DNA of 64,000 bases, taken from the NCBI GenBank assembly GCA_023512135.1, contig JAIMAG010000012.1:4735-68734 (forward strand). The letters run 5' to 3'. The position numbers and the translations under genes were made by a program. Of this stretch, positions 21,294 to 31,143 are shown piece by piece. The notes beneath the pieces were generated by a model. The model ran no database searches, was not told the origin of the DNA, and was given only the letters and a program-made list of their open reading frames with translations. The stretch comes from Terriglobia bacterium. GTDB lineage: Bacteria > Acidobacteriota > Terriglobia > Acidiferrales > UBA7541. Position 1 is the stretch's first letter, and the number at the start of each line of letters is the position of its first letter.

Positions 21294-22316
21294 ATGCTCA
21301 CGGAAGCTCTGGAAGCCGTTGTCGCCGGAGAGAACCTGACGCCAGCGACCGCCGAAGCGGTGATGGAAGAGATCCTGAGCGGACGCGCCACCGACGCGCA
21401 AATCGCCGGCCTGCTCGTGGCCCTGCGGGTCAAAGGCGAAACGGTGGATGAGCTGGTGGGATTCGCACGCGCGATGCGCCGCCATGCACTGCCGGTCTTT
21501 CCCGACGGAAGTCCGCCGCAGCCGCTGGTGGACACCTGTGGCACGGGCGGGGATGCAGCCGGGACGTTCAACATTTCGACGGCAGCCGCGTTTGTGGTGG
21601 CCGGCGCCGGTGTGGCGGTGGCCAAGCACGGCAATCGTTCGATCAGCTCGCACTGCGGCTCCGCCGATGTGCTCGAGGCGCTCGGCGTGGCGATCGAGCC
21701 GCCCGCCGAACGCACCCGCGCGGCCATCGAACAGGTGGGCCTCGGGTTTCTGTTCGCGCCCGCAATCCACCCGGCCATGCGGCACGCGATGCGCGCGCGG
21801 CGCGAACTGCGGCTGCGCACGGTATTCAATCTTCTCGGGCCACTGACAAACCCCGCCGGAGCGCACGTGCAGGTAGTGGGCGTGTTCCAGCGAAACGCCA
21901 CGGAGCTGCTGGCCCGCGCACTGGGCGAGCTGGGCGTGGAGCGGGCCTTCGTCGTGCACGGATTGGACGGGCTCGACGAAATCACCCTGAGCACGGAAAC
22001 CCACATCAGCGAGCTCCGTGATGGCGTGGTGCGCAACTACACGGTCGCACCGGAGGATTTCGGGCTGCGGCGTGCGCCCCGGGAGGCGCTGGCCGGCGGA
22101 ACGGCCGAACAGAACGCACGCATTGTCCGGCAGGTGCTGCAGGGGGCGCCCGGGCCACAGCGGGAAGTCGTGCTGGCGAATGCGGCAGCGGCCTTGGTCG
22201 CGGCCGGCTGCGCGGACGGCTGGCGAGAGGGAGTGCGACTGGCCGAACGTTCCATCGACTCGGGTGCAGCGCTGGCCAAGCTGGAAGCGCTGGCCGCCTT
22301 CCATCGGCAAGGGTGA
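21294..22316 (+). CDS. trpD: anthranilate phosphoribosyltransferase
   Basis: Contains DAQIAGLLVALRVKGET, VDTCGTGGDAAGTFNIST, KHGNRSISSHCGSADVLEALG and LGPLTNPA. Start at ATG 21294; the first 371 codons of ORF 20181..22316 are antisense to sucC. Confidence 0.93.
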   Translation: MLTEALEAVVAGENLTPATAEAVMEEILSGRATDAQIAGLLVALRVKGETVDELVGFARAMRRHALPVFPDGSPPQPLVDTCGTGGDAAGTFNISTAAAFVVAGAGVAVAKHGNRSISSHCGSADVLEALGVAIEPPAERTRAAIEQVGLGFLFAPAIHPAMRHAMRARRELRLRTVFNLLGPLTNPAGAHVQVVGVFQRNATELLARALGELGVERAFVVHGLDGLDEITLSTETHISELRDGVVRNYTVAPEDFGLRRAPREALAGGTAEQNARIVRQVLQGAPGPQREVVLANAAAALVAAGCADGWREGVRLAERSIDSGAALAKLEALAAFHRQG

Positions 22317-22330
22317 ATGCAGCGGCTGGG

Positions 22331-23095
22331 CTAGTGCTCCCGTTGCAGGCTGCGCACCGCGAACCAGAAACTCACCGCGGTGAACGCCAGGAAGCCCATC
22401 GCTTCCAGAGCCACGGTGCGCGGCTCGCCCAGACCGATGGTGGCATAGCGAAGCGCGTCGGTCTGCCAGGTGATCGGATTGGCCCGCGCGACCGCGCGAA
22501 AGACAGCCGGCAGCGGCTCCAGCGGGTAGAACATCGAGCTGGCAAACAGAAAAAGAAAATAGAAGACCGAGGTGACCGTGTTGAACACGTCGTTGCGGCG
22601 GATGCGCAGGGCGAAGATGGCGTAGAAGTAAAACCATCCGGCGGTGCCCACCACCACTGCAGCGACCAGCAGCGGCACACCGGCCAGCCGGGGCTGAACT
22701 CCGAGCAGAGTCCAGGCGAATCCTACGGTGATGGCCGCCTGCGCCACGGCAACGCCGAGGTTGAAGAGCACCTTGGCGGCCAGATATTCGGCGCGGCGCA
22801 TCGGGTAGGTGAGCATTTCGTAGAAGATGCCGTTGTCGCGGTCGAGGAAAAACGACCAGGCGGTGTTCGCAGCGATGCCGAAGCTGGCCATGCTGAGCAC
22901 ACCAGCCAGAAAGAACGCGTGGTAGTCCAGCCCCGGCAGCGGGAGCTGCAGACCCAGCGCGGCGTTTACTCCCACGCCGAACAGAAGCAGATAGGCCAGC
23001 GGGTGGAACAGGTCCCAGAAGAGAAACGTCAGATTGGTCGCGCGGACCTTGGCCTCGCGATAGAGAACCGCGGTGATGGCAGCGGTGGCGCTCAT
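22331..23095 (-). CDS. ABC-2 type transporter permease
   Basis: 254 aa with six predicted hydrophobic segments. Lies immediately downstream of the ABC ATPase on the same strand. Confidence 0.75.
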   Translation of the reverse strand: MSATAAITAVLYREAKVRATNLTFLFWDLFHPLAYLLLFGVGVNAALGLQLPLPGLDYHAFFLAGVLSMASFGIAANTAWSFFLDRDNGIFYEMLTYPMRRAEYLAAKVLFNLGVAVAQAAITVGFAWTLLGVQPRLAGVPLLVAAVVVGTAGWFYFYAIFALRIRRNDVFNTVTSVFYFLFLFASSMFYPLEPLPAVFRAVARANPITWQTDALRYATIGLGEPRTVALEAMGFLAFTAVSFWFAVRSLQREH

Positions 23096-23147
23096 GGAAT
23101 GTTCTCAGCTCTTGCGCGGGAAACGCAGAGCATCGGAAAGCAGTAAA

Positions 23148-24119
23148 TCATACCGACGGCACCTCCGGAACCGTGCCGGCCGTGGGCCGCGTCAACTCCA
23201 GGAAGATATCTTCCAAGCTGGCCCCGCGAACTTCCAAATGCAACAATTGGGCGCGCCGGGCGAGCGCGCTGGCGAGTTCGAGCACGCGGGATTCTTCAGC
23301 GCGCAAGGCGATTTCGACTGAGTTGTTGTGAATGGTCAGGCGGACGGGCGCGAGCTGCTCGAGCTCTTCGCGGAGGCCGGCGGGCAATGCGTCGAAGGTG
23401 AGGGAAAGCTCATAGACGTCTTTCGAGAGCAGCTTGAGCGTGTTCAGGTCTCCGCGGGCGACCGGGCGGCCACGATGCAGAATCAGGATATCGTCGCAGA
23501 GCTCTTCGGCTTCGCTGAGGATTTGCGTGGTGAGCACAATCGTGCGGCCGCGCGCGGCTTCCTGCCGCAGCCGATCCATCACTTCGCGCTTCAGGATGGG
23601 ATCCATGCCGGTGGAAAATTCGTCGAGAAAAACGACCGGCGTATCCACCAGGAAAACTTTGGCGACCTGGACGCGCCGGCGGAGACCCCCGCTGAGGTCC
23701 ATGACCTTGCTGCCGGCGGCATCGAGCAGGTGGAACTGCTCCAGCGCACGCGCGGTGCGGCGGCGGGCTTCGTAGCGGTCGAGGCCGTGGAAGCGGACGT
23801 AGCTGAGCAGGTTGTCACGTACAGAGAGGAACAGATCCACGGCAGTTTCCTGCAAGACGACGGCGATGCGGCGGCGCACCGCGAGCGGCTGGTGGAGAAC
23901 GTCATAGCCCATCACGGCGGCACGGCCGGCGGTCGGGCGCACCAGCGTGGTCAGGATTTTCAGGGTAGTGGTTTTGCCGGCGCCGTTCGGTCCGAGCAAG
24001 CCGAAGATGCATCCGCGGCGGACCCGGAAGCTGAGCCCGTCCACGGCGCGCAGCGGCGGCTGGTCGCGCCGATGAAATTCCTTGACCAGGCCTTCGACTT
24101 CCAGCGCGTATTCGCTCAT
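23148..24119 (-). CDS. ABC transporter ATP-binding protein (DrrA/ABC-2 type)
   Basis: Contains GLLGPNGAGKTT (Walker A), LSGGLRRRVQVA (signature) and VVFLDEFSTGMD (Walker B). Confidence 0.9.
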   Translation of the reverse strand: MSEYALEVEGLVKEFHRRDQPPLRAVDGLSFRVRRGCIFGLLGPNGAGKTTTLKILTTLVRPTAGRAAVMGYDVLHQPLAVRRRIAVVLQETAVDLFLSVRDNLLSYVRFHGLDRYEARRRTARALEQFHLLDAAGSKVMDLSGGLRRRVQVAKVFLVDTPVVFLDEFSTGMDPILKREVMDRLRQEAARGRTIVLTTQILSEAEELCDDILILHRGRPVARGDLNTLKLLSKDVYELSLTFDALPAGLREELEQLAPVRLTIHNNSVEIALRAEESRVLELASALARRAQLLHLEVRGASLEDIFLELTRPTAGTVPEVPSV

Positions 24120-24272
24120 GGGCCGCAGCCGGTGCCCCGCCGAAGCGGGCCACGTGGGGCACAGAAAGATTGAATGACCGGCGGGCAGGGGTTAACAGAG
24201 ACTCCTGCCGCCGGCCGAACACGGGCCGCGAAAGTTGCGGCTCCCGCACAACACCCGAGGAGGGATACGGTG

Positions 24273-25817
24273 ATGTTCCTACGAGCAGCCCTGCTGTTGA
24301 GTCTGGCAGTCTATCCGGCGCTGGCGCAGCCGTCAACGGCAGCACGAGGAGCGGCCGAGGCGGCAGCAGCCGCGCGTGCCTATCGGCAGGCGAACGAACA
24401 CGCCATTCTGGATGAGCTGCGCGCCCTGCTTGCCATTCCCAACGTGGCCACCGACACGGTGAATATCCAGCGCAATGCCGAGCACCTGCGGGCCATGCTC
24501 GAACGCCGCGGCTTTCGCGTGCAGCTGCTGCCGATCGAAGGGCGCGGGCCGGTGGTCTGGGGCGAGCTGCGCGCGCCGGGCGCCCGGCGCACGGTGCTGT
24601 TCTACTGCCACTACGATGGACAGCCGGTGGATCCGGCGCGGTGGATCGAAACGAAACCGTGGGAGCCGGCCCTGCGCACAAACGCCATCGAAGCCGGCGG
24701 CCGGCTGATTCCCTTCCCGGCACCGGGCACGCCGTACCAGGACGACTGGCGCATCTATGCGCGTTCGGCCAGCGACGACAAATCGCCCATCGTGGCGATT
24801 CTGGTTGCGCTCGATGCCCTGCGGACTCAGGGCATACCGCTCGGGGTCAACGTGAAGTTCCTGCTGGATGGAGAAGAAGAAGACGGGTCGCCGAATCTGG
24901 GCCGCGTGCTGGCCGAACACCGCGAACTGTTTGCAGCCGACCTGGTGATTTCTGCCGACGGGCCGGTGCACCAGACCGGACGCCCGCAGATCGTCTTCGG
25001 CAACCGCGGCATCGTCACCGCAGAAATTACTGTGTACGGGCCGTACCGGCCACTGCACAGCGGCCACTACGGCAACTGGGCGCCGAACCCGGCGATGCGG
25101 CTCGCTCAACTGCTGGCTTCGATGAAAGACGAAGATGGCCGGGTGCGGATCGAGGGGTTCTATGACGACGTCCGCCCGTTGAGCGAACTGGAGAAGCAGG
25201 CACTCGCCGCGGCTCCGAAGAACGAGCCGCAGATGATGCAACAGTTCGGATTCTCCGGTCCGGAGGGCAGCGGCCGGCCGCTCGTCGAGCTCATCAACCT
25301 GCCTTCGCTGAATGTCCGCGGGCTGCGCAGCGGCTGGGTCGGCGAGGAAGCGCGCACCGTGGTGCCCGATGTGGCCATCGCGGCACTGGACCTGCGGCTG
25401 GTGAAAGACGTCGATCCGCAGCGGCAGTTCGAGCGACTGGTCGCGCATATCCGCCGGCAAGGGTATTACGTCACCGACCGGGAACCTACCCACGAAGAGC
25501 GCATGCAGCACCCGCGCATCGCCCGCGTGGTGATGGGCGATGGCTACCCAGCCGCACGCACGCCGATGGACCTTCCTCCGGCACGCGCGGTTGTCGAGGT
25601 GGTCGAAGCGGCAACGGGCGAGCCGGTGGTCAAGCTGCCCACCTCGGGCGGTTCGGTGCCGATGTACCTGATCGAGCGGATGGGGCTGCCGATTGTCCAT
25701 GTGCCCATCGTGAACCACGATAACAACCAGCACAGCCCGAACGAAAACCTGCGCATCGGGAATTTCCGCCGGGGTATCGAAATTTTTGCCGCTTTGCTGG
25801 CCGCGCTCGACTGGTAG
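24273..25817 (+). CDS. secreted M20/M25/M40-family dipeptidase
   Basis: Signal peptide MFLRAALLLSLAVYPALAQ. Contains CHYDGQP, ASDDKSP and LLDGEEEDGSPNL (metal ligands), plus HSPNE near the C-terminus. GAGGAGG Shine-Dalgarno before ATG 24273. Confidence 0.85.
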   Translation: MFLRAALLLSLAVYPALAQPSTAARGAAEAAAAARAYRQANEHAILDELRALLAIPNVATDTVNIQRNAEHLRAMLERRGFRVQLLPIEGRGPVVWGELRAPGARRTVLFYCHYDGQPVDPARWIETKPWEPALRTNAIEAGGRLIPFPAPGTPYQDDWRIYARSASDDKSPIVAILVALDALRTQGIPLGVNVKFLLDGEEEDGSPNLGRVLAEHRELFAADLVISADGPVHQTGRPQIVFGNRGIVTAEITVYGPYRPLHSGHYGNWAPNPAMRLAQLLASMKDEDGRVRIEGFYDDVRPLSELEKQALAAAPKNEPQMMQQFGFSGPEGSGRPLVELINLPSLNVRGLRSGWVGEEARTVVPDVAIAALDLRLVKDVDPQRQFERLVAHIRRQGYYVTDREPTHEERMQHPRIARVVMGDGYPAARTPMDLPPARAVVEVVEAATGEPVVKLPTSGGSVPMYLIERMGLPIVHVPIVNHDNNQHSPNENLRIGNFRRGIEIFAALLAALDW

Positions 25818-25822
25818 CGGGG

Positions 25823-26395
25823 CTACAGAGCAAGGAAATTTTCGAGCAACTGCAGACCGTGCGCCGTGAGCACAGATTCAGGATGGAATTGTACGCCCTC
25901 GAGCGGAGCCCGGCCACGGCGGCGCCAGCGCAGGCCCATGATGATGCCGTCTTCCGTCTCTGCGGAAATTTCCAGTTCCCGGGGCAATGAGCGGCGTTCC
26001 ACCATCAACGAGTGATACCGGGTGGCCGTGAACGGACGCGGCAGGCCGGCGAAGATGGTGCGTCCGTCGTGAAAGATCTCGCTCGTTTTACCGTGCATGA
26101 GCTGCGGCGCGCGCACCACGCGACCCCCCAGGGCTTCGCCAATGGCCTGATGACCCAGACAGACGCCCAGGATGGGAATCCGGCCCGCGAATCGTCGAAT
26201 CAACGGGATGCTGATGCCGGCCTGGCGCGGAGTGCAGGGGCCCGGAGAGATGACGATGCGTTCCGGCCGTCGGCGTTCGATTTCCTCCAAGGTAATCTGG
26301 TCGTTGCGACGAACCTCGAGCTGCTGTCCCAACTGGCCCAGATATTGCGCCAGGTTGTAGGTGAAGCTGTCGTAGTTGTCAACCAGCAGAATCAT
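25823..26395 (-). CDS. trpG: anthranilate synthase component II (glutamine amidotransferase)
   Basis: Contains [37 protein letters not shown] (catalytic Cys) and VQFHPES. Confidence 0.93.
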   Translation of the reverse strand: MILLVDNYDSFTYNLAQYLGQLGQQLEVRRNDQITLEEIERRRPERIVISPGPCTPRQAGISIPLIRRFAGRIPILGVCLGHQAIGEALGGRVVRAPQLMHGKTSEIFHDGRTIFAGLPRPFTATRYHSLMVERRSLPRELEISAETEDGIIMGLRWRRRGRAPLEGVQFHPESVLTAHGLQLLENFLAL

Positions 26396-26499
26396 CGCGG
26401 TTGTCGCACCAGACGTACCCGGCTGCAATGTCCGGTCACATCCGCAAAAACGTTGATTCCCGCAACGAAGTCATCGCGTCCCAATTTGTCCGACGCCGG

Positions 26500-27996
26500 T
26501 CAGATTGTACCGCGATGGGCCGCTTCCAGGGCAGTGAGCAGGGCCCGGGACTTGTTGACCGTTTCCTGATATTCGCGCTCCGGAACGGAGTCGGCGACGA
26601 TGCCGCCGCCGGCCTGCACGTAGGCGCGGCCGCCGCGAGCCACCAGCGTGCGAATGGCTATGCAGGAATCGAGATTGCCCGAGAAGTCCAGATAGAGAAT
26701 AGCGCCGGCGTAAATGCCGCGGCGTGTGGGTTCGAGCTCGTCGATGATCTCCATGGCGCGGACCTTCGGCGCTCCGGTGACGGTGCCCGCGGGGAAACAG
26801 GCCAGCAGCGCGTCGAAGCAATCCACATCGTTGCGGAGCCGCCCGCGGAGACTGGAGACCAGGTGCATCACGTGCGAGTAGCGTTCGACAAACGCCAGCT
26901 CTTCGACGCGCACCGAGCCATACTCGCAGACGCGGCCAAGGTCGTTGCGGCCCAGGTCTACCAGCATGATGTGTTCGGCGCGCTCTTTGGGGTCCGCGCG
27001 CAGCTCTTGCTCCAGGCGGCGGTCTTCCGCTTCGGTGCGTCCGCGCGGGCGCGTGCCGGCAATGGGACGATAGAACGCTTCGCGGCCCTGAACCTTGACG
27101 AGCATTTCCGGCGAGCTGCCCACCACCGCCACGTCGTTCAGCCGCAAGAAATACATGTACGGCGACGGATTCACCACCCGCAGGGCGCGGTAGATTTCGA
27201 ACGGATCCGCGGAGCTGTGCGCAACAAACCGCTGGCTGAGCACAACCTGAAAAATATCGCCCGCGCGAATGTAGCGCTTCGCCCTGCGCACCGCGGCCAG
27301 ATAGTCGGCCTTGCGAAAATTCGAGCGCACGCGCAGCGCAGTCCGGCGCCGCCTTTGCCGGCGCAAACGTAGAGGCTGTTCAAGAATCCGGCGCGTGCGT
27401 TCGATTTCCCGCACGGCGGCATCGTACTTTTCACGCAGCGTACCGGCGCCTTCGGTGAACACATTGCGCACCATCCAGACGCGGTGCTGGACATGGTCGA
27501 AGGCGACCAGGCCGAGAAAGATCATCAGCACCGCATCATCCAGACCCACATCATCGGGTGCGGTTTCCGGAATGCGTTCGGTCAAGCGCACCATGTCGTA
27601 GGCAAAGTAGCCGATGGCACCGCCCACCAGCGGCGGCAGACCGGGAAGGCGCACGGGGCGAAACCGCCCCAGCCGGTGCCGGAGCAGCCGCACCGGGTCT
27701 TCTCCTTCCCACACCATGCGCGTCTGCCGCCGTGGATGCGCATGGCTGACTTCGATGTGGCAGGCGCCACGGCGGTAGCGGAAAATTTCTGTCGGATGGG
27801 CACCGAGAAAGGTGTAGCGGGCGATTTTTTCTCCGCCTTCGACACTTTCCAGCAGGAACGAGTACCGGGCGCGCCGCGCCAGCTTCAAATAGGCAGAAAC
27901 CGGCGTCAGCAGGTCGGCCGTCATCGTGGCATAGACCGGCACCAGGTTGCCCTGTCTGGCCAGCCGGGCGAAGGTTCTGTAGTCGGGCTGAATCAT
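26500..27996 (-). CDS. trpE: anthranilate synthase component I
   Basis: Contains LLESVEGGEKIARYTF, SPSPYMYFL, GTVTGAPKVRAMEIIDELE and RGIYAGA. ATG 27996 overlaps the aroD::aroE stop (ATGA). The upstream 155 codons of the tracked ORF are spurious. Confidence 0.93.
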   Translation of the reverse strand: MIQPDYRTFARLARQGNLVPVYATMTADLLTPVSAYLKLARRARYSFLLESVEGGEKIARYTFLGAHPTEIFRYRRGACHIEVSHAHPRRQTRMVWEGEDPVRLLRHRLGRFRPVRLPGLPPLVGGAIGYFAYDMVRLTERIPETAPDDVGLDDAVLMIFLGLVAFDHVQHRVWMVRNVFTEGAGTLREKYDAAVREIERTRRILEQPLRLRRQRRRRTALRVRSNFRKADYLAAVRRAKRYIRAGDIFQVVLSQRFVAHSSADPFEIYRALRVVNPSPYMYFLRLNDVAVVGSSPEMLVKVQGREAFYRPIAGTRPRGRTEAEDRRLEQELRADPKERAEHIMLVDLGRNDLGRVCEYGSVRVEELAFVERYSHVMHLVSSLRGRLRNDVDCFDALLACFPAGTVTGAPKVRAMEIIDELEPTRRGIYAGAILYLDFSGNLDSCIAIRTLVARGGRAYVQAGGGIVADSVPEREYQETVNKSRALLTALEAAHRGTI

Positions 27997-29525
27997 CGTC
28001 GAAGGTTCCGCTCGTTGCGGAGTGCAGCCAGTACAGCCGCCCGCATTTGCCTTTCCGGGGCACGTTCCCCCATCCAGATTTCCCACTGCGCCACACCCTG
28101 GGCCACGAACATCTCTGCGCCGGAGATCGTTTCGATGCCCCGGCGTGCAGCCAGCGCCAACAGCTTCGTCTGCATGGGACGATAAATCAGGTCGAACACG
28201 ATGCGGCAGTTCAGCTCGCGTAGGGCCAGCGGCGATTCGTGAACATGCGGATGCATGCCGACGGGTGTGGCGTTGACGATAGCGTCGAAAAATTCGCGGG
28301 CCAGACGCATCCGGGGAATGATTTCTCCGCCGACTGCGCGAGCCAGCCGACGCGCCGGCGCCGGCCGCCGTGCACAGATGGCCACCTGCGCGCCGGCCTG
28401 CGCGAGCGCAAAGGCTACCGCGCGGGCTGCTCCGCCGGCTCCGCAGATCAGCACACGGCAACTGGCCAGATCCACCGAGCGGGAGTGGAGCGCACGCAGC
28501 ACGCCGACATAGTCGGTATTGTAGCCGTAGAGCTGGCCCGTACCGCGCACGACCACGGTGTTGACGGCTCCGATCTGCTCCGCCAGCGGATCGCAGCCAT
28601 CCAGGTACTCCAGGATGCGCTCCTTGTGCGGAATCGTAACGCTGAAGCCGCGAATCCCCAGCACGGGCACGGCAGCCAGGAAATCCCGCAGGCCAGCACT
28701 ACCTGCAGCGGCCGGCACCAGAAACGGCAGATAGACGGCGTTGATGCGACGCACACGAAAGCCGGTATTGTGGAGCAACGGCGAAAGCGAATGGGCCACC
28801 GGATCGCCGATCAGTCCGTAGACCCGGGTGCGACGGTCGAGCTGATCGGCGCGATAGAGGTACCGCATCTCTTCCAGCGTGAGCTGTCCGGGAGCGGTCG
28901 GCTCGCCCGCGGCCGCATAGGCCAGCGCAGAACCGGCACGCAGGGCGAGTACTCGCAGCGGGAGTGCCCGCTCGCCCATGGGCACCGCCACCACACGCCG
29001 ATGGCGGTGGGCCAGCGCCAGCAAACGCAGGCCATCGCGCAGCCCATCGCAGCGGGTGGCCAGCTTGACCGCGCTACCACCGCCACGCTCCAGCCGTGCG
29101 CTCAGTGCCGCCAGCCGCCGCGGTGTGCCCGCAAAGTCGTGGAAAGAAATCAGGCAACGCGCCGGGGCCAGTCTCCGGCGCAAGTCAGCGGCGCCCAGCC
29201 GCGCGGCCGTTTCGATTTCCACATCGCACCAATGGCAGCCGGCTGCAACGGCGCGGCGGAGCAGTTCGAGCTGAGCCGTCGGACTGCCCACAAAGCGACC
29301 CCCGGCGACGCGACGGCGACAGGTGGCGATACAAGTGGCGCGCAGACGGCGCCGGGCGAGCGCGGCGAGCAGAAGGAGAATCTGGCGGCGGCTGCGCAGC
29401 CAGTCGAGCCGGAGTTCGACCGTGCGGGTGTGACGGAGCGCACACGCAAGCTGTCGCAGCATACCGGCAGCGGTAGGCGCAGCCACGACGGCACAGATGC
29501 GGTCGGCAAAGAGCGGTAGTGGCAC
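27993..29525 (-). CDS. aroE: bifunctional 3-dehydroquinate dehydratase (type I) / shikimate 5-dehydrogenase
   Basis: N-terminal about 220 aa resemble type I DHQase (ICAVV...ELRLDWL...ISFHDF..TP...VKLA; the expected Schiff-base Lys lies in VKLATRC). C-terminal half is AroE (VYGLIGDPVAHSLSPLLHN, FSVTIPHK, GAVNTVV, GYNTDYVG, ICGAGGAARAV). Confidence 0.85.
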   Translation of the reverse strand: MPLPLFADRICAVVAAPTAAGMLRQLACALRHTRTVELRLDWLRSRRQILLLLAALARRRLRATCIATCRRRVAGGRFVGSPTAQLELLRRAVAAGCHWCDVEIETAARLGAADLRRRLAPARCLISFHDFAGTPRRLAALSARLERGGGSAVKLATRCDGLRDGLRLLALAHRHRRVVAVPMGERALPLRVLALRAGSALAYAAAGEPTAPGQLTLEEMRYLYRADQLDRRTRVYGLIGDPVAHSLSPLLHNTGFRVRRINAVYLPFLVPAAAGSAGLRDFLAAVPVLGIRGFSVTIPHKERILEYLDGCDPLAEQIGAVNTVVVRGTGQLYGYNTDYVGVLRALHSRSVDLASCRVLICGAGGAARAVAFALAQAGAQVAICARRPAPARRLARAVGGEIIPRMRLAREFFDAIVNATPVGMHPHVHESPLALRELNCRIVFDLIYRPMQTKLLALAARRGIETISGAEMFVAQGVAQWEIWMGERAPERQMRAAVLAALRNERNLRR

Positions 29526-29689
29526 GGCGTTGCCCCACCCCGAACGGGTGAGCCTGCGCTTCTACCACGAGGTAATCAGTGTGTAAAGCACGGCGGGTGG
29601 CCTGCTTGACCGACACGAAGGGCTTGGCTAGGCTCGCGGAAGGGCGCCGCCTGCGATGACCAAGCCGAGCGGCGCAGGGGAGTCTTCCT

Positions 29690-30544
29690 ATGCGTACACG
29701 AACCGCGCTGATGGCACTGGCCACGCTGGCCCTGGCCGCAACAGTCGCGGCCCAGCAGGCACCGCGCATGCCGAACACAGCCGACCTCTACTGCTCCGGC
29801 TGGTTCACCGACGAACCGGTGCCACGCGACACCTACCTGATTTCCGGCGAAGAGTCAGAAGTCAAGACGGTGTTCGCCGAAGGCGACTACGTCTATCTGA
29901 ACAAGGGCTCCAACCAAGGCGCGCGGGTCGGCGACGAGTTTCTGATTGTGCGGCCCTCGAAGGATGAATCACGGCCACGGTGGTTCTACGCACAGGATGC
30001 CCTCGAGCGGGCCATGGGCCGACTCTACGCAGACAAGGGCCGCGTGCGGATTGTCGTGGTGCAGCCGGATGTTTCCATCGCCCGCGTGGTCTATTCCTGC
30101 GACAGTATGAGGCGGGGCGACCTGGCGCTGCCGTATGCGGAACGGCCGGCGCCGGCGCTGCGCAGCCAGGCCTTCGACCGGTTTGCGCCCCCCAGTGGCA
30201 AGCCGGTGGCGATGCTCGTGCAGTCAAAAGATTTTCGGCAACTGGTCGGACAGAACGACATTGTCTACATCAACCTGGGCAGCGCGCAGGGCGTGCAGGT
30301 AGGCGACTACGTCCGCATCTTTCGCTATCCGGGTTCCCGGCACGAGTCGGTCTACGTGGAGCGCAACCGGCACTACCGGCTCTATGGCTTCGGCAGCACG
30401 CCGACGCGATACCGCTGGGACGACCTGCCGCGCGAAGTCCTGGGCGAAGGCATTGTGCTGCGCACGTCGCCGAACGCGGCCACGGTGCTGATCACCTACA
30501 GTCTGCGCGGAATCTACCTGGGCGACTACATCGAAATCCAGTAG
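29690..30544 (+). CDS. secreted hypothetical protein with two homologous ~110-aa modules
   Basis: Signal peptide MRTRTALMALATLALAATVAAQQ. The motif GDYVYLNKGSNQGARVGDEFLIVR (aa 65-88) recurs as NDIVYINLGSAQGVQVGDYVRIFR (aa 189-212). Each copy is followed by a ...V.IV......A.V...YS......GD... segment. Confidence 0.7.
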   Translation: MRTRTALMALATLALAATVAAQQAPRMPNTADLYCSGWFTDEPVPRDTYLISGEESEVKTVFAEGDYVYLNKGSNQGARVGDEFLIVRPSKDESRPRWFYAQDALERAMGRLYADKGRVRIVVVQPDVSIARVVYSCDSMRRGDLALPYAERPAPALRSQAFDRFAPPSGKPVAMLVQSKDFRQLVGQNDIVYINLGSAQGVQVGDYVRIFRYPGSRHESVYVERNRHYRLYGFGSTPTRYRWDDLPREVLGEGIVLRTSPNAATVLITYSLRGIYLGDYIEIQ

Positions 30545-30558
30545 ACCCGTGGGGAAGG

Positions 30559-31143
30559 CTAACTGGCGCGGGCCTGTTCGCGGCTTTCTTCGCGGAAGTC
30601 TGCTTCTGAGAACACTTCGGCGGTAAAGGCTTCCAGACGCGTTTGCGGGTCGCGCCAGGCTTCGGCCGGCAGACCCGCTTTCAGGCACACCTCTTCGAGA
30701 AACCGCTCGCGGCTCCAGCGAAACCGGGTGGCCACCTGCGGCAGCAGCAGCGCCTGCGCAGTGCCGGCGAGAACGCGCACGCCGTGCACACCGGGCTCAA
30801 TCTGCTCGGGCCGCACCGGCTGACGCGGCGAGAGCACAGAGATTTCAATTTCTAGTTCGTCGAGCTCCTCGGGAACCACCGGAGCAAAACGCGGGTCCCG
30901 TGTGGCGGCCGCAACCGCACAAAACTGTACCGTTTCCGCAAGCGAGGCGGTCGGTTCGACCTGACCGATGCAACCGCGCAAGCGGCCGTGGGAATGGAGA
31001 CTGACAAAGGCGGCACCGGGCTCGGCCAGGGCCCCACCCACAGCTGGGGGTTCCGGGAGGCGTCCGTGCACGACCGCCTCGACAATCGCCTGCCGCGCCA
31101 GGGCGAGCAGGGCGCGGCGCTCGGCGCTAGAGAGTGGCGACAT
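30559..31143 (-). CDS. AMMECR1-domain protein (AmmeMemoRadiSam system protein A-like)
   Basis: Contains AAFVSLHSHGRLRGCIGQVEP and AATRDPRFAPV...LEIEISVLS...LLPQVA, the AMMECR1 core. Start ATG 31143. Confidence 0.85.
   Translation of the reverse strand: MSPLSSAERRALLALARQAIVEAVVHGRLPEPPAVGGALAEPGAAFVSLHSHGRLRGCIGQVEPTASLAETVQFCAVAAATRDPRFAPVVPEELDELEIEISVLSPRQPVRPEQIEPGVHGVRVLAGTAQALLLPQVATRFRWSRERFLEEVCLKAGLPAEAWRDPQTRLEAFTAEVFSEADFREESREQARAS

Noticed and set aside
26500-28461. N-terminal extensions in the ORF track. Examples: trpE to 28461, M28 peptidase to 45241, lpxA to 39421, oxidoreductase to 37710, manC from 3930, trpD from 20181.
   Set aside because: The extensions overlap the upstream gene in another frame and lack homology-like sequence. 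Internal starts with Shine-Dalgarno motifs or ATGA/GTGA coupling give proteins of canonical length.
30559-31143. Linking the AMMECR1 gene to the radical SAM at 53881..54984 as a split AmmeMemoRadiSam system.
   Set aside because: The genes are 23 kb apart and no Memo homologue is in the window. The radical SAM has a SPASM-like tail and an N-terminus unlike what I recall for the AmmeMemoRadiSam family.
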